Made by a program: the position numbers and the translations under genes | Notes under the pieces: generated by a model | The model's database searches: none | What the model was told of the DNA's origin: nothing | Seen by the model: the letters and a program-made list of their open reading frames with translations, nothing else | Shown: piece after piece, positions 12,841-24,869 of the stretch | How positions within the stretch are numbered: position 1 is the stretch's first letter | How the letters are laid out: every line of letters starts with the position of its first letter | NCBI GenBank assembly: GCA_964187785.1 | Contig: OZ076413.1 | Coordinates: 54,250,001 to 54,314,000 of the forward strand | Length of the DNA: 64,000 nt | From: Amphiscolops sp. MND2022 | Lineage: Eukaryota | Direction: 5' to 3'

Positions 12841-15800
12841 TTATTCTTTAGAGGATCCAAGGTGAGAATCACTCGCGATTGATGAGGCGTTGGACCGCGA
12901 CCCTGTCCTCCTCCTTTTGGACTTACTAGGATATCTGACCTCGGCATCGTCTTCAACAGAAGAAACCTCAGAGCCCTCCATCCGAACCGTAGCCCCTTTT
13001 GAACTCGACTGTAGAGAACGATAAGAGATCAGCTGCAACTTGTAAATGCTGGAACGTCCAAAGTTGTCCCCACAAGTCCAGGGATCATAACTTGGACAAA
13101 TGCAGATTGTCCGAAGGAGGCCGATAGCAAAGCAAATTTGTCTAGATTGGAGTCAGTACATCAAGAAGATATGGAATTTAACACACTCGACATGTAGCTT
13201 TGGCTGCGTAAGATTACGTCAGTGAGCTGACTGTGGTGCCCAGTGGTTTTAATTTTCCCGATGGTCACGGCTAGGTACTGGGGACTGGTACTCGTTACGC
13301 ACAAGCAACACAACTTCAATAAATAGAGCAGGTGAATTTGGGTTTGCATGAATTCCAGTGTCGTCAGAAACTCAATCAATTCCGCGAGGAAACTCAGATA
13401 TGTCAAAATTGAATGGAAAAGTGGATCGGAGGAAATCAATTAATGACAGATACTCGTCTCTACAAGCAAGTTCAATTTCGGAAGTGACCAATGAACGCAA
13501 CATGAAGGTGGAATGAGAATGTCGAAGTGGCGGAGCGCTAACTCAGTCGGCCGTTTGAACAAGACGAGAGGATCAAAGGCAGCCAACCGTTTCACGATCT
13601 CAGTGTTGAGCCCAGATTGACGGAGGATCTCATCCAGAACGTACTGAACAAAGTAAAGCCCCTCAGTGACAAATGTAGTCTTAGTTTTACTTGCTGTCTT
13701 CAAAATTGCGGCCCGTTCGGGCTTCTTGCCCGAGTGGAGCCCCTCTGTTTTCTGTTTACTGGCGGTAGTTACCTTGTCAGTCAGGTTGAGAAGAACAAGG
13801 AGCTCATCTTCTGACAAGAAAGTTCCTTCACTTCTTCTGAATCCCAGTACCAGGAACCAGGAGTTTTCGAGTGGCACGGTATCCGGGAAGTGGCAGCGAG
13901 AGCAGAGTTTGTGGATGAATATACAGACTTCACCACACAGGAAGAAAAACCCATCTCGTCTGTTTTGCAAATTGACCACGAAACTAGACACGTCTACAAA
14001 CACAAAGAGGAAGCGTCCAGACTCAGGTACTTGAAGGATGCCCATGCATAACAAGTGATACTTACAATCACTCACGAAACGTTGGAAATTTTCTAGTTTC
14101 ACAACAAAGAACTCGTTGCAGATGAGGGACCATTCGATTCTCTGCACCTGAAACATCACAGAACCAAATCGACATCTGTGAGACAATGAGATTAAGGGGA
14201 ATAGTCCACAAAATGGCCCAATACTTAACCCTGGTGATTGAGGATGGGGAACAAGCTACTTACCAAAGGTCGTGCTCCTTGTCCCGCCTGCCTCTGAGCA
14301 TGACCAGACAAGTAGATCCGAGCGCTCTTCAAACGGCTGATGAGTTCTCGGCAGAGCATAAGCAGGGTTTTAACATCCAACTTGCTTGATGAAATTGCAT
14401 GAACCAAAAAATGGGAATGAGCCTAGTGTACTGGTAAAGACCAGAAGAAAATTTGTCCTGCGAGAGTTCAGGGGAGTCCAAAATCCAATTCTCAGTGAGG
14501 AAACCACCCAAGGACACCATCAGACCTTCGACGACTGAGCTGAAGTCGATCCTCGCAAAGACGCTGTAGCTGGGCTTATAGAGCATCCCGGCCAATGACA
14601 CTTGCTCGAAGCGGAAACAGCATTGAACGCCCTCAATTGTCCGCACCAAGTCCGCGGAACATCCGGAGACGGCAACGCTTCGGCATTGGAGAACACGGCT
14701 GGTATCAAGCGGGATAGAGACTCTATTTCGCCAGTCAGCTCCGAGGCGGGTAGACCACTGAGACTTTGCACAAGTCTGTCCCTTTCCAAAAACGGACAGA
14801 CATGAACCGGTTCCGGCCTTAGAACTCGAATTCGACAGAGAAGCATTGTTCTGCACTCACTTATTCTACTATGTCGTCGACGGCGCAGATGAAGAAATGT
14901 TGGAATATGGCCTGAAAAAATAACACTTGAACTTTCAGACTTACAAAATCAGAATAGTTGAGAAGGCCAATGGAAATTTGACCTAACAGGTTATCACGGA
15001 GTGTCGCTAGAATCCAATATAATGTTAAGAAAAAGAGGTATTTACCTTTAGCCGATCTTCACCTCAGTCAAAGTCACAGATGGTTGCCTGGAGATTGTTT
15101 TAGGAACCAATTGGTGACCACAAGTTTCGCAACAGAAGGAGGTTACCATGACTCTGGACGTAATCGCGCTACTAGACATAACTGAGTCTTGGCTCTGGAT
15201 GTTGGCGTCACCAAAGCTGTGGTACTGCCCTTGATAATCTTGTCAAAAAACGTAAACCTTCCCTCAATGTAGATTAGGGTTATGTAGAGGATCTGCTGGC
15301 CCAGAAATGAACGATCTGGTCCAACCGATCTTGGAGAAGCTTTCTTCTGGCAAGCTCGCTTCTGTTTTTTTCCATCTCACTGTACCTGTGTGACTCTTGC
15401 CCGCGTTCAGCAAGAAGCTGGCTCCTAAGCTCCAGGAGTATGCGTTCTTAACTGCTTGTCACAGCGAACTCTTATCCTCCTATCGTATCCTCGGGATCAG
15501 TTCCAGATGCGGCCATGAGGCCAGTGGCAGCAGCAGTTGTTCGTTTAAAGGACTCCCAAATCAATGCCATTTCTTCGGCACTGTCACAATCACCAAAGCT
15601 AGATGAGTCATTAGTCGGGTCTCCATGTCCGGTCACATCCACAATCTCCGATTCAGCATTCGCTTCGGTCCTGGTCTCATCGCCGCCTGAATCGCTATCA
15701 CTAGGTGGTCCAGGAGTCTGGGCCCTAGTTCGGCTTCTGAAATGTTCTGTCCGAGATGGAGCTGTTGTTGGCTTTCCACGTACTGCATCCAAAACCATCC

Positions 15801-18800
15801 GTTCCATCATGGCAGTAGTGGAACCACCATTATGGTAGTGAAGGAGTGGCTGACTGTCTTATATGTCAGAACGCGTAGCAGGTAAAACAGTTGTGGTTCC
15901 GTGAATGCAACGGTAGGATGTCCAAAGGGGAACCGGAAATGCGGAGCCTTGTCGAGGTAGTGTTTGAGGATGGCTCTACTACGGCCCGAAAGTTCCTGCC
16001 CTCTACTCGGTCCTGCGAAGGAACTTGAGCCAGGGTTTCCAGTCGGGTCGGCTAACTACACTCCAAAATCAGATTCGTTTCCCCCCTCTGTTACGGGACT
16101 CAGACCCCGTAACTATACTCAGTGTTAAGGGACCCTGCAGATAATATAGCCTGATATAGCCCGTCACTCGTCTTATCTCCTCCACTTTGAAGATGTTGGG
16201 GGTTTCGGTTTTTCGCACAAGGCACGAAGGGATATCGTACACACAGGAAGCAGCGTAATCTTCTGGTTGAAGAAAAGAGGCAACAGAGAGATCATGCCCT
16301 GTTTCAGGAGCGGTCAACAGTTCAGGGAGCTGAGTCCTCTCGACGGCTGTCAGACTTGCACTTGACGGGACTTCTTCGTCCTGGGAAGAGAAGTGCTAGA
16401 GCGTTGATCCCCTGGCAATCTGAAAGATACAGTGGGGTTGTCCAAATGGGTCGATTCTCCCTGACTCCGAACAAGATTTTCCCAATCCTTTTTATGCACA
16501 AAGGACGGATCCGACTCCATTCGTTGAACGACTTCTTCAACAAATGCAGTAACGTCTGTCACTGTTAGCACTAATCGGAGAACGAACTAGGGGTATTGGG
16601 GCGGTTCAGCAGATTTCTGAACAGAAGGTAGGATTTCTGCTCGAAGCGGAAACAGCATTGAACGCCCTCAATTGTCCGCACCAAGTCCGCGGAACATCCG
16701 GAGACGGCAACGCTTCGGCATTGGAGAACACGGCTGGTATCAAGCGGGATAGAGATTCAGTTTCGCCAGTCAGCTCCGAGGCGGGTAGACCACTAAGACT
16801 TTGCACAAGTCTGTCCCTTTCCAAAAACGGACAGACATGAACCGGTTCCGGCCTTAGAACTCGAATTCGACAGAGAAGCATTGTTCTGCACTCACTTATT
16901 CTACTATGTCGTCGAGGGCGCAGATGAAGAAATGTTGGAATATGGCCTGAAAAAATAACACTTGAACTTTCAGACTTACAAAATCAGAATAGTTGAGAAG
17001 GCCAATGGAAATTAGACCTAACAGGTTATCACGGAGTGTCGCTAGAATCCAATATAATGTTAAGAAAAAGAGGTATTTACCTTTAGCCGATCTTCACCCC
17101 AGTCAAAGTCACAGATGGTTGCCTGGAGATTGTTTTAGGAACCAATTGGTGACCACAAATTTCGCAACAGAAGGAGGTTACCATGACTCTGGACGTAATC
17201 GCGCTACTAGACATAGCTGAGTCTTGGCTCTGGATGTTGGCGTCACCAAAACTGTGGTACTGCCCTTGATAAATTTTCAAAAAACGTAAACCTTCCCTCA
17301 ATGTCGATTAGGGTTATGTAGAGGATCTGCTGGCCCAGAAATGAACGATCTGGTCCAACCGATCTTGGAGAAGAGTTCTTCTGGGAAGCTCGCTTCTGTT
17401 TTTTTCCATCTCACTGTACCTGTGTGACTCTTGCCCGCGTTCAGCAAGAAGCTGGCTCCTAAGCTCCAGGAGTGTGCCTTCTTAACTGCTTGTCACAGCG
17501 AACTCTTATCCTCCTATCGTATCCTCGGGATCAGTTCCAGATGCGGCCATGAGGCCAGTGGCAGCAGCAGTTGTTCGTTTAAAGGACTCCCAAATCAATG
17601 CCATTTCTTCGGCACTGTCACAATCACCAAAGCTAGATGAGTCATTAGTCGGGTCTCCATGTCCGGTCACATCCACAATCTCCGATTCAGCATTCGCTTC
17701 GGTCCTGGTCTCATCGCCGCCTGAATCGCTATCACTAGGTGGTCCAGGAGTCTGGGCCTAGTTCGGCTTCTGAAATGTTCTGTCCGAGATGGAGCTGTTG
17801 TTGGCTTTCCACGTACTGCATCCAAAACCATCCGTTCCATCATGGCAGTAGTGGAACCACCATTATGGTAGTGAAGGAGTGGCTGACTGTCTTATATGTC
17901 AGAACGCGTAGCAGGTAAAACAGTTGTGGTTCCGTGAATGCAACGGTAGGATGTCCAAAGTGTAACCGGAAATGCGGAGCCTTGTCGAGGTAGTGTTTGA
18001 GAATGGCTCTACTACGGCCCGAAAGTTCCTGCCCTCTACTCGGTCCTGCGAAGGAACTTGAGCCAGGGTTTCCAGTCGGGTCGGCTAACTACACTCCAAA
18101 ATCAGATTCATTTTCCCCCCTCTGTTACGGGAATCAGACCCCGTAACTATACTCAGTGTTAAGGGACCCTGCAGTTAAAATAGCCTGATATAGCCCGTCA
18201 CTCGTCTTATCTCCTTCACTTTGAAGATGTTGGGGGTTTCGGTTTTTCGCACAAGGCACGAAGGGATATCGTACACACAGGAAGCAGCGTAATCTTCTGG
18301 TTGAAGAAAAGAGGCAACAGACAGATCATGCCCTGTTTGAGGAGCGGTCAACAATTCAGGGAGCTGAGTCCCCTCGACGGCTGTCAGACTTGCACTTGAC
18401 GGGACTTCTTCGTCTCCCGGGAAGAGGAGTGCTAGAGCGTTGATCCCCTGGCAATCTGAAAGATACAGTGGGGTTGTCCAAATGGGTCGATTCTCCCTGA
18501 CTCCGAACAAGATTTTCCCAATCCTCTTTATGCACAAAGGACGGATCCGACTCCATTCGTTGAACGACTTCTTCAACAAATGCAGTAACGTCTGTCACTG
18601 TTAGCACTAATCGGAGAACGAACTAGGGGTATTGGGGTCGGTTCAGCAGATTTCTGAACAGAAGGTACGGCAGAAGTAGTGTTAATTGGGGAAAAAGGAG
18701 GTGGTGCACAGACTTTGCTTGAGTTAAGACTCATACTTGAGCCTGGTTCTGGTGTTTGCTCATTCGTTGTACTCTGTTTATCTAAACCGAAAGGAATGAA

Positions 18801-18833
18801 AATTGGCGGTATGCTTTCTTGAAAAAAATCCAT
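12841..18833 (-). pseudogene. Antisense cargo cassette of element A (degraded, hAT-transposase-like protein plus upstream low-complexity ORF)
   Basis: Chain of minus-strand ORF pieces; DYVQSHGNLLLLRNLW / CDFDWGEDRLK|AIFQHFF...FSVEFE / VILRSQSYM...SYDPW align by eye with the antisense protein of element C. Confidence 0.65.
14603..18667. repeat. Tandem duplication, ~2035-bp unit x2 (14603-16630; 16638-18667)
   Basis: Near-identical blocks with scattered substitutions; 7-nt junction ggatttc. Confidence 0.95.
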
Positions 18834-19873
18834 TTCACCGCGTTAAAAATCTTCCGGAAGTATCTCTTAAACTTGAACAAAAAACGTGAGAGCACGTGTC
18901 AATGGCAGAAACAGGAAGCGCGTAAGAACAATTTAATCTTGATAAAGTTAAACTAGTTCAAAATATGAAAATCCAGACCAACCTGAGCTTGATGACATTC
19001 TGCTACAATGTGGTCTGCTAGGAGACAGGCCTCGTAAGGACAATCGCAGTTTTGGAAAATGACCGGATTCGGCAGAAGAGAAGCAAAGCACTGGGTCAGT
19101 CCGAAAGGGGAGAAGAAGCAAGCAACAGGAGTTGTAGGCCAAGATGGTCTGGGTTAAATAGAATTGCAAATGTAATGAATAAGAGTGGAATTGGAATGTA
19201 ATAATCAATAAAGAAGGAGTTGGAGATCGTGACTGAGGAAAGTATCCAGGTTAATATTTCGTGGTTATTTACATATTTAGAAATGTGAATGGAGTCTGCC
19301 AGCGATATTTACATGATTATCTTCATTATTTACAGATTAGTTAGTTGAAGTTGATTACGGTCGTTTTACCCTTTTCTGTTTACCGTTTTGTTACGTTTGT
19401 CTGGTTAATTTTTAGTTAGAACTTTCACCATTTTAGATTATTTCAAGTTATCATTATCGCCAGTTTATAATTCATTTTTCCTTTTACCGATGAACAATTT
19501 TGGTTGACTGAAGCCATTTTGGGAGGAATAAGCGACGCTTGCCTTTAATTGCCTTCAAGCGACCCGTTAATTACCCACTTGAGACGAGTGTATTTGATAT
19601 CAACAACTCAAGTGCTGTTCACACCTCCTTAGATGATGGTGTTGATGAGGGGTGAACACCGAATTTCGAAGGACGACGACTGGTGGTGGAATCCCCTTGA
19701 AAAAGGTTATGCTGACTTAGGATAATTATCCGAAAGTTGTAACGCCAAATCGAGATTCTCGGGAAAAGTCCTAACTCGGCCTAAAAGGAGTCTACTGACA
19801 AATTCATTTTAATTTTGATTCTGCTGAAGACAAGTCGATACTCAATCCATCAAATTTGCTCTAAAAAATTTTC

Positions 19874-20651
19874 ATGCAGAAACTCAACCTCTCAAGGAAA
19901 CGGTTTGAAGTGGATGATGTCAGCTCTGACGCTTCCGAGGAATCAGTTTTATACATTTCTAGTGGGGAAGAAGATTTGTCTAATGAATGGGAGTCTGATT
20001 GCTCAACAGACACTGAAGAGATGGTAGCCCGTAACGAGAAAGAAGTAAGTTCGAGCCGATGATGATTGGCGGAAGAGTAATGATGACTAGTAGCATTGAG
20101 GAGGAAATGGTCGCGGGCCCAAGCTCGTCACTGCGTGGTCCGTCAATTACACCCAAATTCAACGCTACCTACTTTGACGAGAAACTTCGTTACGCCCCCC
20201 CCCCCCTGAAGGGTAATCTAAAGAGGAAAATAGAATTATGCAAACCCTTGCTCCTTGTCATAGATTCACCAATGTCTCCTCCGCCTAAAGAAAGAGGGCC
20301 CTCTCAAAAGACCCCCCTAATGCAACCAACTGAATCCGGATTTAGAGCTTCATATGACATTCAGAATACAAAGACGTAGGAGAACGTTCGCGAAGTGCGC
20401 TATGCGGAATGTACGGTTTGTGGTCGGTCTGTAGAAGCGATCAAAAAAGAAAGAGTGGCTTGGTTTACCCCAGGAATGAGCCGGAAAATACAACACGACT
20501 GAGACGAGAAGCCTTTGAGAATGGTCTAAACGCCAACTCCTTTCTTTTTCTTGCACCCGCAGTGGCGCAGGCTGCCGCCTGTGACGGGTCAATGATTACA
20601 GCAACAGCAAGAGGGCAAGACATTGCCCCAGGAACCCTCCCCACCTATTAG
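19874..20651 (+). pseudogene. 3' sense ORF of element A reading into the 3' LTR (frameshifted)
   Basis: Acidic/Ser-rich pieces 19874-20062, 20059-20379, 20409-20651 ending AVAQAAACDG...PGTLPTY* inside the LTR. Confidence 0.55.
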
Positions 20652-22280
20652 AAGTTAAAACTTCTTACCATTGATATCAGAAATATCTATCCTAATAATC
20701 CTTGATTAGTGCTATTTACAAGTTGCTATTATGAAATGTTAAAGTATCAGTCTATTAACGTTGCTAATTTGTTCAAAATGCTGTAAGTGTATTTGAATTG
20801 ATACCGAGCTGACTGATATGTAAAAGCTGACTGCAATGTAATACGGAAACGAGTTCAAATGTGTTTCCAGACTTTTACGGCGTCAACGCTCAACAATTCA
20901 TGTCAGCCAATCACATCTCTCTATCGGTGCTAAAATGTATTACCATCACTTGCCGGTTAAGGACGCTTGACCAATCTCAGCTTGTGCTTCATTCACTATT
21001 AGGCAAATGGCCGATTTCGGCCACGTGCAGTATTTAAATGCCTGAGAAGTTGTTGACTTATTAATGATGCCACTTATATGCGTAGTAATAGTACAGTAGT
21101 TACCTTTTTGAACAAAGGACATTATTGTTGTTGTTTGATGCAATTACGATTAGCTTGAAGTTATGAATGGAAATGCCAGTCTCTGGTCCCAGTCCAGCCT
21201 ATGATGAAAAGTTAATTTTACGTCCGGTGGACGTACTCGGCGTATTAAAATTAACTCACAAACAAGTAAATTGGAAACTTGTGGTAACCAGATGACTAGT
21301 CAAATTACGCGAGCTACCACGTGTCTGAAATATTGTTTACATAATTGGCATACTTTAATTGATGATGATGCTTTTATAAATGACATGCAAGGAATGATAC
21401 TTTCTCTAAAAATGTGTTTGAAGTTTACCAGTGACATTGTGACCTTGAAACCATTGATTATGAGGAAGAATTTTTGATCACGTGCCGTTTATGGAGCTTA
21501 TGCACATGAAATATGCATTGTTATATGAGTATAATGAATGTAAAGCGTGCAACTGTAATGCCTCAGAGAGGATAAATACCTGTCACGCTCTTAATGCAGA
21601 CACTTTTCTGTAAACCTTTGTTTGATACCAAACTTGTTCTGAACTTACCCAGAATAATTTTTCGATCAGAAGCAATTCAAATAATATTACTTGGACTTTT
21701 TTCATGCCTACTACTAGAAAGCGAAAGAAAGCGAGAAAGTCAAGAGAGCAAGATATGCTATCTGATATAGAAAACCTTGACATAATAATAGGAGGGAATA
21801 GCTTAGACAGAGATGAAAATATATCTAGCAGCTTAGGCAGGAGGCCTCCTGAAAGCCCGAGTTATGGAAATTTTTTGAACCAAAATGGTCAGTCACAATC
21901 TAGTTCTGGAGAAGCAGAGATTAGAAGGTATGCCCAAAATGGCAACAGCGCTAGAGAAGTTGATTCGAGTCGCGAGTATAACAGGTTATCAGGAGAGTAA
22001 AATGAAAAGTTTTCCCGGGAGATGGGAGATTTCATGAGCACTTTCAGTTCCCAAATCCAGAGAGCCATTAGTGAAGCAATTACTTACCAAATGCTGTCTC
22101 AGACTCAAGCAATTCTGAGATCTGGGTAAGGACAAATGCCGGAAAGGAGATGAGAAATTCCGGCAAGAGGAAAGGGACTTAGTTCTGAAGAAGCCTTGAA
22201 CCGCAGATTCTGGAGTAGCTCTAGAGACGAGTGTAACAGAGACTCCAATATAAATGAAATATTAGACAACACTTGTGACA
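20563..22280 (+). repeat. 3' LTR of element A
   Basis: Colinear with 6302-7939, ends ACTTGTGACA with no PBS; carries the MPTTRKRKKARKSRE ORF. Confidence 0.85.
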
Positions 22281-22618
22281 GAAGAAAGAAAGTTTGTTTC
22301 TCCAAATACGCGAGGTTGACGCCGAATAAGAGTTCTACTTTTCTAAGCCGGTTCCCTTTCGGCAGCCAAATGGTCAAGCAATGGTCAAGCAAAGCTCAAG
22401 CAAGTGTCTTTCTCAAGATCTTATATGTCTGTCTGCTCACCGATGATCTTCTCATTTTTCTTTTATCCGCCATATGTATTACTTTTTTGATGACCATACT
22501 ACAAAATTGGGGAATGAATGATTTGCTCAAGGCCCAACAATGACGATTTGAGAGATGTTCGAACCTGATACGACCCAAGTACAGGCTGAATGTTCTAACC
22601 AAGACACGATAATGCCCC
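22281..22618 (-). mobile_element. tRNA-derived SINE (degenerate copy)
   Basis: Minus strand: ttggttagaacattcagcctgtac...caggttcgaacatc head; body colinear with 31165-31544. Confidence 0.75.
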
Positions 22619-22844
22619 CTTAATCCTCCCCCAATGAGTACATGACAAGATAAACTGTGGCTAACATGAACGGGTGCGAACTTTAATTTGGTAGTTTTTA
22701 ACAATACCCGGCCCAATAGTATTAGAAATGTAGTTTTAAAAACAATTTCAAGCGATCAAAAAATAACCCACTCATCAAAATTTCTAAGCTATGGTACATT
22801 ATTCATGGTACACTGCAACGATTTGGCCGTGGGCACAAACTGTG

Positions 22845-23285
22845 ATCTAAGGAATAAGATCGAAACGCACTTCTGTAACTAAGATCTAAAGAACTAATAT
22901 CTAAATGTCATTTTTCGTAACTAAGATCTAGAGAATGCCAGCTCCCGAATAGTAACTAAGGTTTAAAGTTTAGACGTTATTCCCGTTTTTTAGATGTTAT
23001 TCTCGACTTGGAAATGATATAAAGTCTAAAACGTGCCTCGCAGATGTCGCCATTTCCTCTAGTTCCCATCTTGCTCAGCGAGGTCGAACAGGAGATCGCG
23101 GGAACAGAGATCGCGAAGCAATCGTAGTGGGAGCTGGTCTTTGTGACGGTGAGGGCGAGCGTTATTCCTTAGACGTTATTCTTGTTCATTTTAGACCTTA
23201 GTTACGGTGCATGATTTTTAGATCTTAGTTCTTTAGATCTTAGTTACGAAATTTTTGTAGATCTTATTCATTAGACCTTAGTTAT
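22845..23285. repeat. Foldback/MITE-like element with inverted arms built of (g)taactaagatcta repeats
   Basis: gtaactaagatctaaagaactaa (~22877-22899) is the reverse complement of ttagttctttagatcttagttac (~23226-23248); several further sub-repeats. Confidence 0.65.
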
Positions 23286-23347
23286 GGTCCCCGATTTGGC
23301 CCATGTTTTGAATGGCTCGTCTGTTTTCGGCATTGCACGACTGCTGC

Positions 23348-23515
23348 CTACATTTGGTAATCACGGCCATTGCTGCTGTAGTTATTGGGTGGAGGGGGGC
23401 GGACGTCTAGTTCTGTCAGTTTGTAAGAGTTACTACCAGAACTGTGGTTCATGCCGCCCATACTCGGAGGAGAGAGGCTTCGCAGTAAATTACCTGCAAG
23501 CAGGGTTGTTCGGCT
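23348..23515 (-). CDS. Putative exon 4 of claudin-like gene 2 (Pro/Tyr-rich cytoplasmic tail); acceptor uncertain
   Basis: ELDVRPPPPNNYSSNGRDYQM* resembles the gene 1 tail EMRPQPPKNYVPSNDYPA*. Confidence 0.4.
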   Translation of the reverse strand, partial: SRTTLLAGNLLRSLSPPSMGGMNHSSGSNSYKLTELDVRPPPPNNYSSNGRDYQM

Positions 23516-24119
23516 TGCATATTTTGAACTTTCAGCGCATTTTTTAAATTTTGTTTCAGAATTATAGTGCTGAAACATTTCTCTAGAAACAAAAAACTAG
23601 TGAAAATGACTCGCCTAAAATTTATGATTCAATTCTGGATTGGGCTAAAAATGGGTTTTGTAAACGACAACGAAGTCTAGTAGATCTTTTCATTTTTCGA
23701 CCCAATCAACTGAATTTTTCGCGAAAGCGATTAAATATTTGATTCCGTTGATTTTCCTTTTTATGATGTTATGTCACGATTTAGTCTGTTATTGTGAGAT
23801 TTTCCGGTCAATCGTACGGTCCGCTCAGTGAACAAAGCAACAAAAACCTGAAGTCCAGAACTTCTTGAAAGTAGGTCACAGAAATTTCAAATTTCGAACA
23901 AACATTTTTGTAAACTAGGAAATTTATGAGAAGTAACTTTATAGTAGATGAATGTTTGTATTTGTGACCGCTTTTGAAAAAATTAAATTTGATTTTTGCT
24001 ATTTCAAGCAACGGAGTTACGATGCTTTGGAACGTTCTATCAGTCTATCGTAGTACTTTTTGACGACTAAAATGTTCGAGTTTAAACTTTGGAAAAGGTT
24101 AAATTCAAGTTTTTTCCAA

Positions 24120-24349
24120 CTAAGAAGCCCTGCCTGCGTCTCTGTACTCCAATGGGGACCCTGCAGATGCTGTTTCACTGGCCCTATTAGCATGGGCCGA
24201 GTAGAGCTTGAAGAGAGTGAGAAGGACATTGAGAGTAGAAAAGGAGAAAGCGATCCAACAGAAGTGGTGACTATGACCCAAGTTCTCGTAGGTGAATGTC
24301 TTCTGGAAGTAGTACACAACCACAGAGTTACCGACTATCACCATTGCCG
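24120..24349 (-). CDS. Claudin/PMP22-like gene 2, exon 3 (TM3 end, TM4)
   Basis: Acceptor atttcag|; VVVYYFQKTFTYENLGHSHHFCWIAFSF, paralogous to 38699-38897; reads to a stop at 24120 unless spliced at a GT near 24147/24159. Confidence 0.8.
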
Positions 24350-24869
24350 CTGAAATTGATTAAATTCTTTTAAAGCTTACTGGTATGGCAATGACAAAAA
24401 ATCTCATTAGGAAGTAATAAGCAAACAGAGAAAAAAAACAATTATGAGCAGTCAAACCGCTAATTGTTAACCACTTCACTGCAACCATAGCTTGCTCAGG
24501 AAAACAAAGCTGCTTATTCGGCGTCCAGTTAGCGGAATTGGGGAAACAACCAGTGCAAAACATCGTGAACGCCTTGCCAAGATCTTGTTTATTCTTACAT
24601 AGACGGGTTTACTCTTGAAATTGGTAACATTTTCATCAAGAGTGTCAAGGAAATAATCACTTTGTATACGAAACAATCTTTTTCTTACAATTACTTTGTT
24701 ATTGTTAGCACTACTAACTAACCGATCTTTCTGTGAAGTGCTGGTTATAGAATAACACAAAGTACTCAAATTCCGGACGGAATAGTGTGGTTGGTAGAGT
24801 AAACAGCTATCGGATAATAGGTACCCGGGTCGACCTTCTTACTAGCATCCTTGCTGTCTTGGCAAGATC

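Larger units (their letters stand above)
6302..22280 (+). mobile_element. Ty3/Gypsy LTR retrotransposon A (degraded, ~16 kb)
   Basis: Paired LTRs, PBS, PR-RT-RH-IN order, candidate 5-bp TSD gaata (6297-6301) / gaaga (22281-22285) with one mismatch. Confidence 0.9.

Noticed and set aside
14520-17761. Duplicated short ORFs as separate genes
   Set aside because: They are shadow frames of the tandemly duplicated antisense cassette
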